NCBI RefSeq assembly: GCF_004353825.1
Contig: NZ_SMNA01000006.1
Span: forward strand, 124,001-188,000
Reading direction: 5' to 3'
Source of the DNA: Occultella glacieicola
Lineage (GTDB): Bacteria; Actinomycetota; Actinomycetes; Actinomycetales; Beutenbergiaceae
Length of the DNA: 64,000 nucleotides
A program made the position numbers and the translations under genes. Positions within the stretch are counted from its first letter, which is position 1; each line of letters starts with the position of its first letter. Positions 9,477 through 18,749 of this stretch are shown piece by piece. The notes under the pieces are model-generated. The model was not told the DNA's origin, ran no database searches, and saw only the letters and a list, made by a program, of their open reading frames with translations.

Positions 9477-10088
9477 ATGCTGCTGTCACTGACGGGCGCC
9501 AGCGGAGCGGGAAAGTCGACGACGCTGGCGTACCTCGCCGAGGTGGAGTGGCATCAGAGCGTGACCTGTCTCGAGTTCGACTCGGTCGGCGTACCTCCGG
9601 ATGCCGACACGGCCTGGCGGCACGCTGTGACCGAGCAGTGGGTCCAGCGAGCCCTGGCTGCCCAGGACGAGGGCCGCCACACGCTCTTGTGCGGTCAGGT
9701 TCCGATCGGCGAACTGCTGGCCGTGCCGTCGGCCGATCGCCTCGATGGCATCGCCGCCTGCGTGCTGCACTGCTCACCGGAGGTGAGGCGCGCCCGACTG
9801 AGTCAGCGACACGAGCCCGAGGACACCATCGGACACCACGTTGCGTTCGGGGAGTGGTTCCACGGACATGCCTTGGATCCGACCCACCGCCCCGAGGTCA
9901 TCGTCGGTGACAGTCCCACCCCGATGCGATGGGAGCGGTGGACGCAATGGTCCGGAGGCGACCCGCGCTGGCCCGTCCACGTCATCGACACGGACGGATC
10001 CACACCGGAGCAGGTGGCTCACGAAGTGGTGGGGTGGGCACGTGAGGCGCTCGCCAACGGCGGTCTGCGACTCACGGCGCAGGAGTGA
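9477..10088 (+). CDS. P-loop kinase-like protein
   Basis: LTGASGAGKST Walker A; C-terminal IDTDGSTPEQVA typical of small NMP-kinase-fold proteins. Confidence 0.8.
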   Translation: MLLSLTGASGAGKSTTLAYLAEVEWHQSVTCLEFDSVGVPPDADTAWRHAVTEQWVQRALAAQDEGRHTLLCGQVPIGELLAVPSADRLDGIAACVLHCSPEVRRARLSQRHEPEDTIGHHVAFGEWFHGHALDPTHRPEVIVGDSPTPMRWERWTQWSGGDPRWPVHVIDTDGSTPEQVAHEVVGWAREALANGGLRLTAQE

Positions 10089-10165
10089 GTCTGCGCCGGC
10101 GCGGCCGATGAGTTCGTGGCTCCTGGCCGGTCCAACTGTGTGACACCCGCAGAAAGGACACCGCC

Positions 10166-10771
10166 ATGTCGGAGCTTCTCGTCGATTTCATCACCTCGCT
10201 CGACGGCTACGCGTCGGGGCAGGGCTGGCCCGGGTTCTGGGGCCTCGAAGGACCGGAGTACCTCGCGTGGCTCGGCGAGCAACCCGAGGTCACCTACCTG
10301 ATGGGAGCGAACACCTACCGACTGATGTCGGGCTTCTCAGCCGGCGAGGTCCCGGATGGGCTGGACGAGTTCAGGCCTGAGGAAGAGGCGTCCGTGGACG
10401 AACTCACGCGCGCGTCCAAGGTGGTGTTCTCGTCCTCACTCCAGGAGCCACTGACCTGGGCCAATTCCAGGCTCGTCCGTGACGACGCCGTCGAGGCGGT
10501 CCGCGTCATGAAGTCCACCGGCTCGGGTCTCCTCAGCACGATCGGCAGCCTCAGCCTGTGCCGGTCCCTGCTACGAGCCGGACTCGTCGACCGTTTCCGG
10601 GTCGTGATGTTCCCGGTGATCACCGGCGCCACGGGCGCGGAACGCATCTACGACGGGTATCCGGACATCGCCCTCGAGATGATCGAGCACCGCACCTTCG
10701 ACGGCCGCACCCAACTTGTCGAGTATTCGCCCCGCGTGCTCGAGCACCCGCCGCTCGGCGCTCCGGCGTGA
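10166..10771 (+). CDS. Dihydrofolate reductase / RibD C-terminal family protein
   Basis: FITSLDGY, LMGANTY, KVVFSSSL, GSLSL..LLRAGLVD; AGAAAGGA RBS. Confidence 0.9.
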   Translation: MSELLVDFITSLDGYASGQGWPGFWGLEGPEYLAWLGEQPEVTYLMGANTYRLMSGFSAGEVPDGLDEFRPEEEASVDELTRASKVVFSSSLQEPLTWANSRLVRDDAVEAVRVMKSTGSGLLSTIGSLSLCRSLLRAGLVDRFRVVMFPVITGATGAERIYDGYPDIALEMIEHRTFDGRTQLVEYSPRVLEHPPLGAPA

Positions 10772-11472
10772 CGCGAAGCGCTCTTCCCGGCGTCGAACGC
10801 CTGCTCGCCAACACCGGTTGAAACGAGTTCGCATCATCGCTCCCGGCCCAACCTTCCTAATTGGCAGGGGCAGGAGGCGGTGAGCCGGGAACTGGCAGGC
10901 CGGGCGTGTTCACCTGAGCTCCGAGGAAAGGCGGGCGTCTCGGCCAGCGCTCGGTGCCACAAACCCTGAGGCTCGCAGTCTCGGCGCATGTCTGCGAACC
11001 GGTCCCCCGGGGGGCGGCAGTGCGGAATGCCGACGTTGTGCTAAAGCGAATCACTCAGTTTGAACGAGCCGAATGTCAGTGTTGACGGGGTTGTCGACGG
11101 CAAGATTCTAGTATCGCGCAGTTGTCACTGCAGTTGGGGTCAGCGGTAGTCGTATTGAATGTACGTGCTCATTGAAGGCGCCACCGTGGCACCCGCAGCC
11201 AATTCGATGTCTACATCCGTCGGTCGCAGGCCCTGCTGCGGCTTGCTCTTGGATTACGCCATCGACGATGGATGATACGCCGAATGCGGATTGGAGCCAA
11301 TTGAGAACCAGCAATGAAACGAGGACGGTTTCAGTCAATGGAACGAGCTGCGCATTGTACACGCCGCCAATAGGTACCACCGGGGGCACATGGTCGAGGA
11401 TTCTGGGTGACGCGACTCGACGTGGCACTCGCACGTCAATATTCGCGCGAGTGTCGCGTTCGCGAAGAAGGA

Positions 11473-11703
11473 TCAAGTCAGCCAGATCAGTCCGATTTTA
11501 CCCTGAGAATTTGAAATCTTCAGTGCGATCGATACTTCAGAACCAGCACGGGCTCGAGTGTCCCCCCATGAAACGGCTTCAACGAAGGCCACGGCACTCA
11601 GGTCGTATGCGGTGAAAGTTCCCTTGAAGTCGACAAACACGCGATAATCTGCTGTCGCGCTCTCCCAGGAAGTGTCCCGCGGGTCGACGACCATTGCCTC
11701 CAT
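11473..11703 (-). CDS. Small hypothetical protein
   Basis: 76-aa ATG ORF VDPRDTSWE..YRVF..GLIWL, resembling from memory a recurrent small actinobacterial family; lower GC than flanks. Confidence 0.55.
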   Translation of the reverse strand: MEAMVVDPRDTSWESATADYRVFVDFKGTFTAYDLSAVAFVEAVSWGDTRARAGSEVSIALKISNSQGKIGLIWLT

Positions 11704-11813
11704 GCGGCGATGCTAGCCCAACTGGCCGCGTCGCACGGGGTGCGGATCGGGCCAGCCTGTCTGCCACCGGCCGTTGCTGAATGGCATCGACTGCGTCATC
11801 CCGGCACCGGTTC

Positions 11814-11828
11814 TTGCATCAGATGCAA
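11814..11828. other. Perfect palindrome TTGCATC-A-GATGCAA, a possible recombination or protein-binding site
   Basis: 7-bp perfect arms, AT-rich relative to the genome, intergenic within the decayed island. Confidence 0.4.
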
Positions 11829-11943
11829 CTCGCGCTAGAAAACTGGCAGGAACGGGAGTTGCTGAGCCGGAGTACGAAGGTCGGCCGAGCCCTGGCATGA
11901 CAAGAGGAGATTCGGGCTGCGCGTGGTTGACCCCGAGAGTGCC

Positions 11944-12513
11944 TCATCGGGTGCCCCGGACCAAGGTCACACGGTCGGGCTTCCCGAGGCCTGCAATCTG
12001 GACCCAGCCGCCATCGTTGACAAAGCCTTTCGCGACAAGCTTGGCTTCTAGTCCCCGCGGCGCCCAGTCGCCTCGGTACATCTGGGCCAGCCTTTCTCCT
12101 GTGTCCTCGAAGAGGTGGCAAGTCGCGTAGACCTTGCGTCGGTGCAGCCACTCGTGGAGTACAACGGGCCGACGGGCGTAGGTGGTGAGCAGCTCGCATC
12201 CTCGGGCAGCGAGCTCGCGCGGGTCACCCTCTAGAACGAATCCATCGCGAGTTGGTGTAGGCGGGAAGGAGGAGCGATCGTGGACGCTGATCCGGTCTCC
12301 TCGCAGTTGGTTGCCCCGGAGCTCCAGACCGACATTCACTAGGGCGACCTCAGGCGCGTCGACGTCCAGTGCGACTAGGAGGGCATCGTCGCCGAAACCA
12401 GCGCAGTACGGGCGAAGACGGCCGTCGAGTAGGTCCCGAAGGGCGGCCAGGAAACTGAGTTGGAATGAGGTGAGCTCCTCATCGCCCAACTCGAAGTACG
12501 CGCGGTCGTCCAT
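11944..12513 (-). CDS. Hypothetical protein
   Basis: 189-aa ORF from ATG (MDDRAYFEL..) with globular-protein composition. Confidence 0.65.
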   Translation of the reverse strand: MDDRAYFELGDEELTSFQLSFLAALRDLLDGRLRPYCAGFGDDALLVALDVDAPEVALVNVGLELRGNQLRGDRISVHDRSSFPPTPTRDGFVLEGDPRELAARGCELLTTYARRPVVLHEWLHRRKVYATCHLFEDTGERLAQMYRGDWAPRGLEAKLVAKGFVNDGGWVQIAGLGKPDRVTLVRGTR

Positions 12514-12656
12514 CCTGCGCACGCTAGTTGAACGGGAAGTCCCTTGCACTCCTGGAGGGGGTCCCACCGCCTGTTCTGTCATGACCGGGGACGGTGCAAC
12601 AGCGGAGTCGGCAGTTGTTCCGTGCTATTTCTTCTTCGTCCTGCACGCCGTTCGAG

Positions 12657-12905
12657 TCAGGCCAGCTCGCGCTTCGCCGCGACGTGTTGGGAGTACACGC
12701 TCGTGGAGCCGATCGCATGCCGCTCGATCGTGGACGGGTGGTAGCCGAGCGCGTCGGCGATGATCGGCACTGGCCCAAGTCTGATCAGCTCGCGCGTGTC
12801 CCTAGCCGGGCTGCGCGCGTGCTGAAGACGGACTTGAACCTGCTTCGCAGGCTGGAGCCGTGGATGTGCCCTGCCGGGGGAGCCGGGTACGCCCAGTTGC
12901 TGTGA
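12657..12905 (-). pseudogene. Frameshifted C-terminal remnant of an integrase/tyrosine-recombinase-like protein
   Basis: NWAYP..AGHIHGSSLRSRFKSVFSTRAARLGT, frameshift near 12797, then RELIRLGPVPIIADALGYHPSTIERHAIGSTSVYSQHVAAKRELA*. Confidence 0.6.
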
Positions 12906-13087
12906 CGGCGCAGCCGAGGCCGTCCAGGTGCTGCGCTCGTTCGTGGAGATGCCGTACGCCGCCGCCTTCGTCGACGGCGACTACTTCCTCGAGAACCAAG
13001 CCGATCCATTTCTTGACGGAGGCACAGCCGGGGCCGAACTCTCTGACTTCGCGCGTTGACTCGACGCTTGTCGATTGAGTGGAGGTG

Positions 13088-13603
13088 TCATCCTTGCGGT
13101 AGGTCGGCTATCACAACAAATTCCTTGGCCTTCGGAGGACAGAGGGCGTCAGCGACTGCGCCACACTCTGTGTCCGTGGGCAAACCCACCTCGCGCTGCG
13201 TCTCATCAACCTCAAGACTCCAACACACGACAGCCCAATGAATCGCCCCGGTAACACCGTCAATCTGGCCGTAACTGGCAGACGCAAACTCAAGCAGAGT
13301 GCGGTCACCAACCGCTTCAATCGATGCAATCCATGTATTATCGTCGCTCCTCGCGCCTGCAAGTTGCTCCGCATCAGCATTGACGTAGTCAGTCTCAGCA
13401 CAGCCGCTCAATGACTCCGCCAGATCATTGCTCGGATCCACGACGCCTATCTCCGACTGAACGCAGCCAAGGGCCTGGTAGTACTCTGCGCCCAGGCTGG
13501 CGACCGCCAACGTGCGAGCTTCCTCCCGATTCGACGGGCCACAAGCAGTTGTCGCGGACGTGAGGATGCCGAGGCTAGTAGCCAATGCTAAGCAGCGCCT
13601 CAT
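13088..13603 (-). CDS. Putative lipoprotein, Cys-rich
   Basis: MRRCLALATSLGILTSATTA-C lipobox-like signal; low GC; alternative start at 13618. Confidence 0.65.
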   Translation of the reverse strand: MRRCLALATSLGILTSATTACGPSNREEARTLAVASLGAEYYQALGCVQSEIGVVDPSNDLAESLSGCAETDYVNADAEQLAGARSDDNTWIASIEAVGDRTLLEFASASYGQIDGVTGAIHWAVVCWSLEVDETQREVGLPTDTECGAVADALCPPKAKEFVVIADLPQG

Positions 13604-13900
13604 CGAATACTTCCGCATATAGACTCGTTCCCAGTTGGTTCGGGTGCATAGATATTGTCGAGACGAACTCCGCGTCCGGGCGTTCCGACGAGGTGCAATC
13701 CATTGATTCCTGGTTCTACATCGCACGCATCATGTCCAGTAAAGTTATCGATAGTTGAAGCAGACGTCAACCGCGGGTCTACGATGTCTTCAACCGTCTC
13801 TTCCATCACGCCGGCAAGCTCCACCGATAGTGAGTTCAGCCGTGGGACGCTAGTTGTGGTCAGAGGCGTCAGGTCGTCGCGACGTGGCAGGGTTTCGTGC
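13575..13900 (-). pseudogene. Frameshifted C-terminal remnant of an SGNH/GDSL hydrolase
   Basis: IDNFTGHDACD..GING, frameshift near 13678, then EFVSTISMHPNQLGTSLYAEVFDEAL; GH..C and S.HPN..G are SGNH C-terminal blocks. Confidence 0.6.
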
Positions 13901-13969
13901 TCGACCATCAGGCCCCAGACGTAGTTGCGCGGTAGAGCTCGTCGCAGCTACTTCTACTCCTGGTGCTGC

Positions 13970-13997
13970 CTCGCCGATAATGTACATTATGTCATTT
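13970..13997 (+). other. dif: dif-like XerC/XerD chromosome-dimer resolution site
   Basis: CTCGCCGATAA-TGTACA-TTATGTCATTT has the 11-6-11 layout and matches the actinobacterial dif core CCGATAA-N6-TTATGTCA. Confidence 0.75.
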
Positions 13998-14197
13998 CAT
14001 CCTCGTGTTGGAGCTCATGAATCGCCTCAGCCCCCGGACGGCAGCCAGTCGTAGCTGAGCCCGAACGGCGTGTGGTACGCCGACGTTCCGGTACCAGCCA
14101 TCGTCCGGATGCGGTCGGCGAGCGTCCCCCGCTCGGTCTCCACCAGCCGCGTCCCGGCCCTCCCCGTCGATGTGCTCGGCCGTGACGAAGGCCACGA

Positions 14198-14226
14198 ATG
14201 GGATGCAAGTGGTAGCCTAATCCCAT
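14198..14226 (+). promoter_or_regulatory. TA autoregulatory operator and leaderless promoter
   Basis: Inverted repeat ATGGGAT...ATCCCAT flanks -10 TAGCCT (14213-14218) just before ATG 14225. Confidence 0.55.
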
Positions 14227-14464
14227 GAAGGCGACGATCGATTCCGGCGGCCGTCTCTTGCTACCCAAGGCGCTACGAGATGCGCTAGGGCTGACACCTG
14301 GTACGACAGTCGACATCTCCGTATACGGCTCGGGTGTGCAGGTCGTACCCGGCGGCCGTACGGCGAGGCTTGAGCGCGATGCCGATGGGCGACTGGTAGC
14401 GACGAGCGAGACTGCGGTCACCGACGATGAGATGTTCGCGCTCATCGACTCGGGTCGTCGGTGA
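14225..14464 (+). CDS. vapB: AbrB/MazE/SpoVT-type antitoxin
   Basis: MKATIDSGGRLLLPKALRDALGLTPG AbrB fold; GTGA overlap with the PIN gene. Confidence 0.9.
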   Translation: MKATIDSGGRLLLPKALRDALGLTPGTTVDISVYGSGVQVVPGGRTARLERDADGRLVATSETAVTDDEMFALIDSGRR

Positions 14465-14871
14465 GCGCCACGGCGGTTGACACCAGCGTGGCGGTTCCCC
14501 TGTTGGTGTCCTCGCATACCGCCCACGCGGCCGTGAGCGCGTGGGCCAAGAATCGGCTGCTGGTGCTGAGTGGCCATGCGCTCGCTGAAACGTACTCGGT
14601 GCTGACACGACTCCCGGGTGATGCACGGGTGGAGCCCGCGGATGCGGTGACGTTGATCGACGAGGCCTTTGGCGATGCTGTCGCGCTCAACGTGGCGTCG
14701 TTCCGCGATATTCATCGGGAGCTGGCCAGCCGCGGTGTCGCCGGCGGTGCCGTCTATGACGGCTTGGTCGGTGCCGCCGCATGTGAAGAGGGGCTGACGC
14801 TAGCGACGCGTGACGCCCGGGCGCGTGGAACCTACGAGGCTGTCGGCGCACGTGTCGAGATCGTTGCCTGA
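14461..14871 (+). CDS. vapC: PIN-domain toxin
   Basis: VDTSV, AETYSVLTR, VYDGLV..A, LATRD acidic PIN motifs. Confidence 0.92.
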   Translation: MSATAVDTSVAVPLLVSSHTAHAAVSAWAKNRLLVLSGHALAETYSVLTRLPGDARVEPADAVTLIDEAFGDAVALNVASFRDIHRELASRGVAGGAVYDGLVGAAACEEGLTLATRDARARGTYEAVGARVEIVA

Positions 14872-15018
14872 CAGCCGATCGGTACAGCCATGGCCTGCGG
14901 GAACGCCGTGCGGCGCACCTGGACTCCTCCTCCCGTAGGGCCGGCGGACACCCGGGGCACGGGGCCTTGGCTCTGAACTGCCCAGATTCGGCGCTGCAGG
15001 CGATGGCAGACTGACGCG

Positions 15019-15738
15019 ATGATCGACCTTCGGCGTCGTGCGCAAGCCTTCGTGCGAGAGGAATACCCCGTTGCTCGGGTGGCGTTCCTGGGAGGCAGTT
15101 CTGCGACCGGCCAGGCGACGAACAGTTCAGATCTTGACGTCCTGGTGATCCTGCCTGCGGACTGGGATGAGGTTTCCTTCGTGGAGACGACGACCTTCGA
15201 CGGGCAACATGTCGAGGCGTTCGTCTACGGAGTGCCCGCGCTGGAGCGTTGGCTGGCCAAGGGCCGCGCGGAGCGTCGCCCTGTCCTGGATCGACTCATC
15301 GGGCACGGTATCCCCCTCGTGGGCGAACCGCTGGCTCGGGATCTGCAAGCACGCTCCCAAGCAGTCCTGGCGGCAGGCCCCGAACCGCTTGCAGAGTCGG
15401 AGCTCGCGCTGAGGCGCTACGCGCTCTCGGCGACTCTCGATGACCTGGCCGACGCTGCCGGGACGGCCGAGGAGTTCGTGCTGGCGTCCACGGCGTGGCG
15501 GGAAGCCTCTGAGCTCTCGCTCGTGACCGACAGGGGCTGGCTTGGGACCGGGAAGTGGCTCATGCGGGAGCTGCTGTCGAACGACGACCCGTACGGTCTT
15601 GCGGCGTGGGCGTCGACGGCAGCCCGGCACCCAGCCGCCTTCGCCGAGCTGAACAAACTCTGCTCCGAGGTTCTCCTCGCTGCGGGAGGCTACCTTCAGT
15701 CGGGATTCCGCCGAGGCAGCCGCCCGCACGGACTCTAG
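15019..15738 (+). CDS. Nucleotidyltransferase domain protein
   Basis: LGGS..TG..T.SSDLDVLV pol-beta NTase motif. Confidence 0.85.
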   Translation: MIDLRRRAQAFVREEYPVARVAFLGGSSATGQATNSSDLDVLVILPADWDEVSFVETTTFDGQHVEAFVYGVPALERWLAKGRAERRPVLDRLIGHGIPLVGEPLARDLQARSQAVLAAGPEPLAESELALRRYALSATLDDLADAAGTAEEFVLASTAWREASELSLVTDRGWLGTGKWLMRELLSNDDPYGLAAWASTAARHPAAFAELNKLCSEVLLAAGGYLQSGFRRGSRPHGL

Positions 15739-15796
15739 GAACTGCGCGGCCGCGTCCAGGACCACTCCCCCGCCTTCCAGACACAAGGATGGGCCC

Positions 15797-16201
15797 ATGC
15801 CGAGATACAGCCTGGTTCAGGTGAGAGAGGCGCTGGAGTCGTCGTGGGAACCCGCAACTGCCTACCTCGAGGCACATCAGCCCGGCAATCCGTCGCTAGG
15901 TCAGTGCTACCCCACCTCGCGCGTCCTTCAGCTGCTGTTTCCCGAGTTCGAGATCGTCGAAGGCCAGGTGTGGACCGGCGAGCAGGAGGAGAAGCACTTC
16001 TGGAACCTGCTGCCGACCGAACTCGGCGTCGTGCACATCGACCTGACCTGGCAGCAGTTCGCCCACGGCTCCGTCGTGCGCCACTGGCGCGCGCGAGATC
16101 GAGACGGCCTCGACGACGGTGCCGATACCGTCCGTCGGGTCGACCGACTCCTCGAATCAGTGCATGCCCATCTGCGGTCCGAGAGGCAGGGTCACCCGTA
16201 G
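15797..16201 (+). CDS. YunG-like protein
   Basis: NPSLGQC..TS..HFWN..IDLT.QQF with conserved C/H/D residues. Confidence 0.75.
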   Translation: MPRYSLVQVREALESSWEPATAYLEAHQPGNPSLGQCYPTSRVLQLLFPEFEIVEGQVWTGEQEEKHFWNLLPTELGVVHIDLTWQQFAHGSVVRHWRARDRDGLDDGADTVRRVDRLLESVHAHLRSERQGHP

Positions 16202-16245
16202 GTCCGCGGGTCGCATCAGCGGTTCGTCCCGGCCGGATCGCACCA

Positions 16246-17064
16246 CTAATCCGCCGGACGTTCGGGCAGGGCCCGCAGTTTGAAGATCAGGATGCCGAGG
16301 TACTTGTTCATCCACTCCTGCTTATGCGGATGGCGACGTCGGGCCTCCTCCGACAGTTGCGGCTCGCTCGCGGTCTCGACCCAGAGCCCTGCCGCGCCGA
16401 ACACGTTGAGCAGATCGGAGATGGTGTACGTGCGCTTCGTGAGCGCGATCTGCTCGTTCCAGGCGGTCCGGTAGGTGTACGACTTCGTCGAGAAGTACTC
16501 CTCGCCGAGCGACGTTCCGTTCTGTTCGGCTCGTTCGAGGGCGTATCGGATCGGCTGGGTCCTGGTCAGCACGATGAAACCGTCGTCGGTCAGCATCGCC
16601 CGCGCTGTTTGAAGGGTCCGGACCGGATCGGTCGCATACCCGAATGACTGCAGGAACAGGATCCGGTCGAACCTGCGTCCGGCAAGCACCGGTATCGACG
16701 CGAGCTCGTTCACGTCGCCCTGGACGAGTTCCAGTCCGGGGCGCGCCGCACTGACGAAGTTGCCGCTGACGTCGATCCCCACGGCGGCGGATGCACCATC
16801 TCGGGCCAGCTGAGCGAGCTTGGCGCCATTACCGCACCCAAGATCGAGCACCGATCGTCCGGTGACATCGCCCAGAACCTCTCGCTGGGCGGGCCACTCG
16901 ACAAGACGATCGAGTGAGTCCTCCCGGCTGCGCGCCTGCTCGTAGTAGGGCGCAAGGTCGGACCACGCCTGGCCCGCACCCCCAGCACCGTTCACGTCAG
17001 AGCCCGCCGCTTTCGAAGAATCGCCTGCCGGTGACACGAGACCGACGATAGCCGTCGGGGCCAT
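16246..17064 (-). CDS. Class I SAM-dependent methyltransferase
   Basis: VLDLGCGNG motif I; start codon uncertain. Confidence 0.88.
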   Translation of the reverse strand: MAPTAIVGLVSPAGDSSKAAGSDVNGAGGAGQAWSDLAPYYEQARSREDSLDRLVEWPAQREVLGDVTGRSVLDLGCGNGAKLAQLARDGASAAVGIDVSGNFVSAARPGLELVQGDVNELASIPVLAGRRFDRILFLQSFGYATDPVRTLQTARAMLTDDGFIVLTRTQPIRYALERAEQNGTSLGEEYFSTKSYTYRTAWNEQIALTKRTYTISDLLNVFGAAGLWVETASEPQLSEEARRRHPHKQEWMNKYLGILIFKLRALPERPAD

Positions 17065-17185
17065 GAGCCCTTGACCTCGTACCGCGCCAGGACGATGTCG
17101 TCGGGAAACCTGCGGGTCTCAACCAACGTCAGGTTCACCCAGTGGTCCAGCGCCGTGCAGAACGGCGTGCCGCCGCCCGGCCCCG
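17065..17185 (-). pseudogene. C-terminal remnant of a DHFR/RibD-C family gene
   Basis: GGGTPF.TALDHWVNLTLVETRRFPDDIVLARYE is a typical RibD_C terminus; the N-terminal part is absent. Confidence 0.6.
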
Positions 17186-17372
17186 ATGCGATCCGGTAGT
17201 ACCCGGGCTGGTGCCGGAAGGTGGCGTCCTGCCGATCACCCGGAAGGCGCCGATCCGCCGGTCGCCCGAGACGTCGGGATTGCGGAAGTGAGCCAGGACG
17301 GCGTCCGCCTCGGTGCGCGCGAGCGGTTTGGTCCGGTGTGGAGTGCCGCGCCACCCGCCGACCTCGTCGTGA

Positions 17373-17765
17373 TCAGCCCCCGATCGGGGTGCCGACCCAG
17401 GAGGTGCCGTCCACGACGTCGCCGTCCGCGTCGATCAACAGGATCCGGAAGTTGACGTTGTACCGCTCGGCGAGGTCGTAGTCGCGTACCTCCCACGTGT
17501 TGCTGCCGGAGAACACGAACTCGCCCGAACGCCCGTAGTCGGTCTCCCACTGCAGCATCGGGGTCAGCCCGTCGACCTGGGTGTCGGAGAGCGCGAACGT
17601 GTCGCCGTAGCTTTCGAAGCAGGCCGTGGCGACCTCGATCTCGAGGCACTGGTCGGCCGCGCTCGCCGGGACCGCCGTGGTCGCGGCGACCGCTGCGGCG
17701 ACGCCCATCGTGGCAAGGCTCCCGGCGGCTGCCCGGCGCATCGTCCTTCGTACTGTCCTTCGCAT
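17373..17765 (-). CDS. Small secreted protein
   Basis: Arg-rich n-region, Ala-rich h-region, PASA-A cleavage site; two Cys; GAGAGGA RBS. Confidence 0.75.
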   Translation of the reverse strand: MRRTVRRTMRRAAAGSLATMGVAAAVAATTAVPASAADQCLEIEVATACFESYGDTFALSDTQVDGLTPMLQWETDYGRSGEFVFSGSNTWEVRDYDLAERYNVNFRILLIDADGDVVDGTSWVGTPIGG

Positions 17766-17959
17766 GTTGGTCCTCTCGGTGACGAGATCCTCCGAGCGAT
17801 CCACGTTCGCGGCCACCCGGACGTGCCCAGCCAGCGCGCGCAGGTCGCACCGCGTCCCGATACCTACTTTCGGCGGGGATCGGGCCCTCCGAGGTCGAAT
17901 GTGTCCCGGCACGCCGTCGTCCGTGAGCGTTTCCGCACGTCCCGGTAGGCTGAGTCCCG

Positions 17960-18737
17960 ATGGCAACCGACTCCCGTGCCCGCGCAGACCGTGACCGGTG
18001 GGACGCGGTCGCAGGCACCTACGCCGAGACCGTCGGCGGTCGAACCGACTCCTTCTACCGCCGGTTCGCACCGTTCCTCGCCGACGAACTCGGCGACCCG
18101 AGCGGCCAGCGGATCTGGGATCTCGGCTGCGGCCATGGATGGCTCAGCGCCCTGCTGGCGGCCGACGGTGCGGTGGTCGACGGCGTCGATGGCAGCGCGG
18201 CACTGATCGAGACCGCTCGGGCGAGGCATCCGGACCTCCGCTTCGAGGTTCGGGATCTGGCGACCGAGTTCGCTGCGGATCCCGACGGCTACGACGCGAT
18301 CGTCTGCCACATGGTCCTGATGGACCTTCCCGTTCTGGATCCCCTCGTGGACGCTGTGTCGAGGGCATTGCGTCCGGGCGGGCGTTTCGTGTTCTCGATC
18401 CTGCACCCGGCCTTCTTCAACCAGGCGCCCTCCCCCAGCGGCGACGCACCCCCGTGGTCCCGCTCGGTCACCGGCTACCGGGAACGGGCGCAGTGGTGGG
18501 TCGAGTCGTTCGGCGGGCACCGGCACTATCACCGGCCCCCTGGAGGACTACGTCGACGTGCTGTCGCGGCATAGACTTCTGGTGCGCAGGCTGGCCGAGC
18601 CGGCGACGTTGCCACGTCACGAGCTGCCCGAATCCGAATGGAACGACTACGAGCGATGGTTCGCCAGCATCCCCACGATGTTGGCGATCTCGGCGGTGCC
18701 GTCGAGCCACGCACCCTCCGGTGCCGGCATCGCGTGA
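17960..18737 (+). pseudogene. Class I SAM methyltransferase with a +1 frameshift in a C5 run
   Basis: WDLGCGHG motif; HYHRP then an extra C at 18536-18540; the shifted frame LEDYVDVL..LAEP..IPTMLAI ends at TGA 18737. Confidence 0.8.
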
Positions 18738-18749
18738 CAGGATGACCCG

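Noticed and set aside
10772..11100. Possible ncRNA or riboswitch in the long intergenic gap
   Set aside because: No recognisable family motif or convincing structure by eye; an Infernal/Rfam scan would be needed
11108..11615. ORFs 11108-11476 (-) and 11172-11615 (+)
   Set aside because: No recognisable motifs, weak starts and no RBS; could be decayed foreign DNA but cannot be supported as genes
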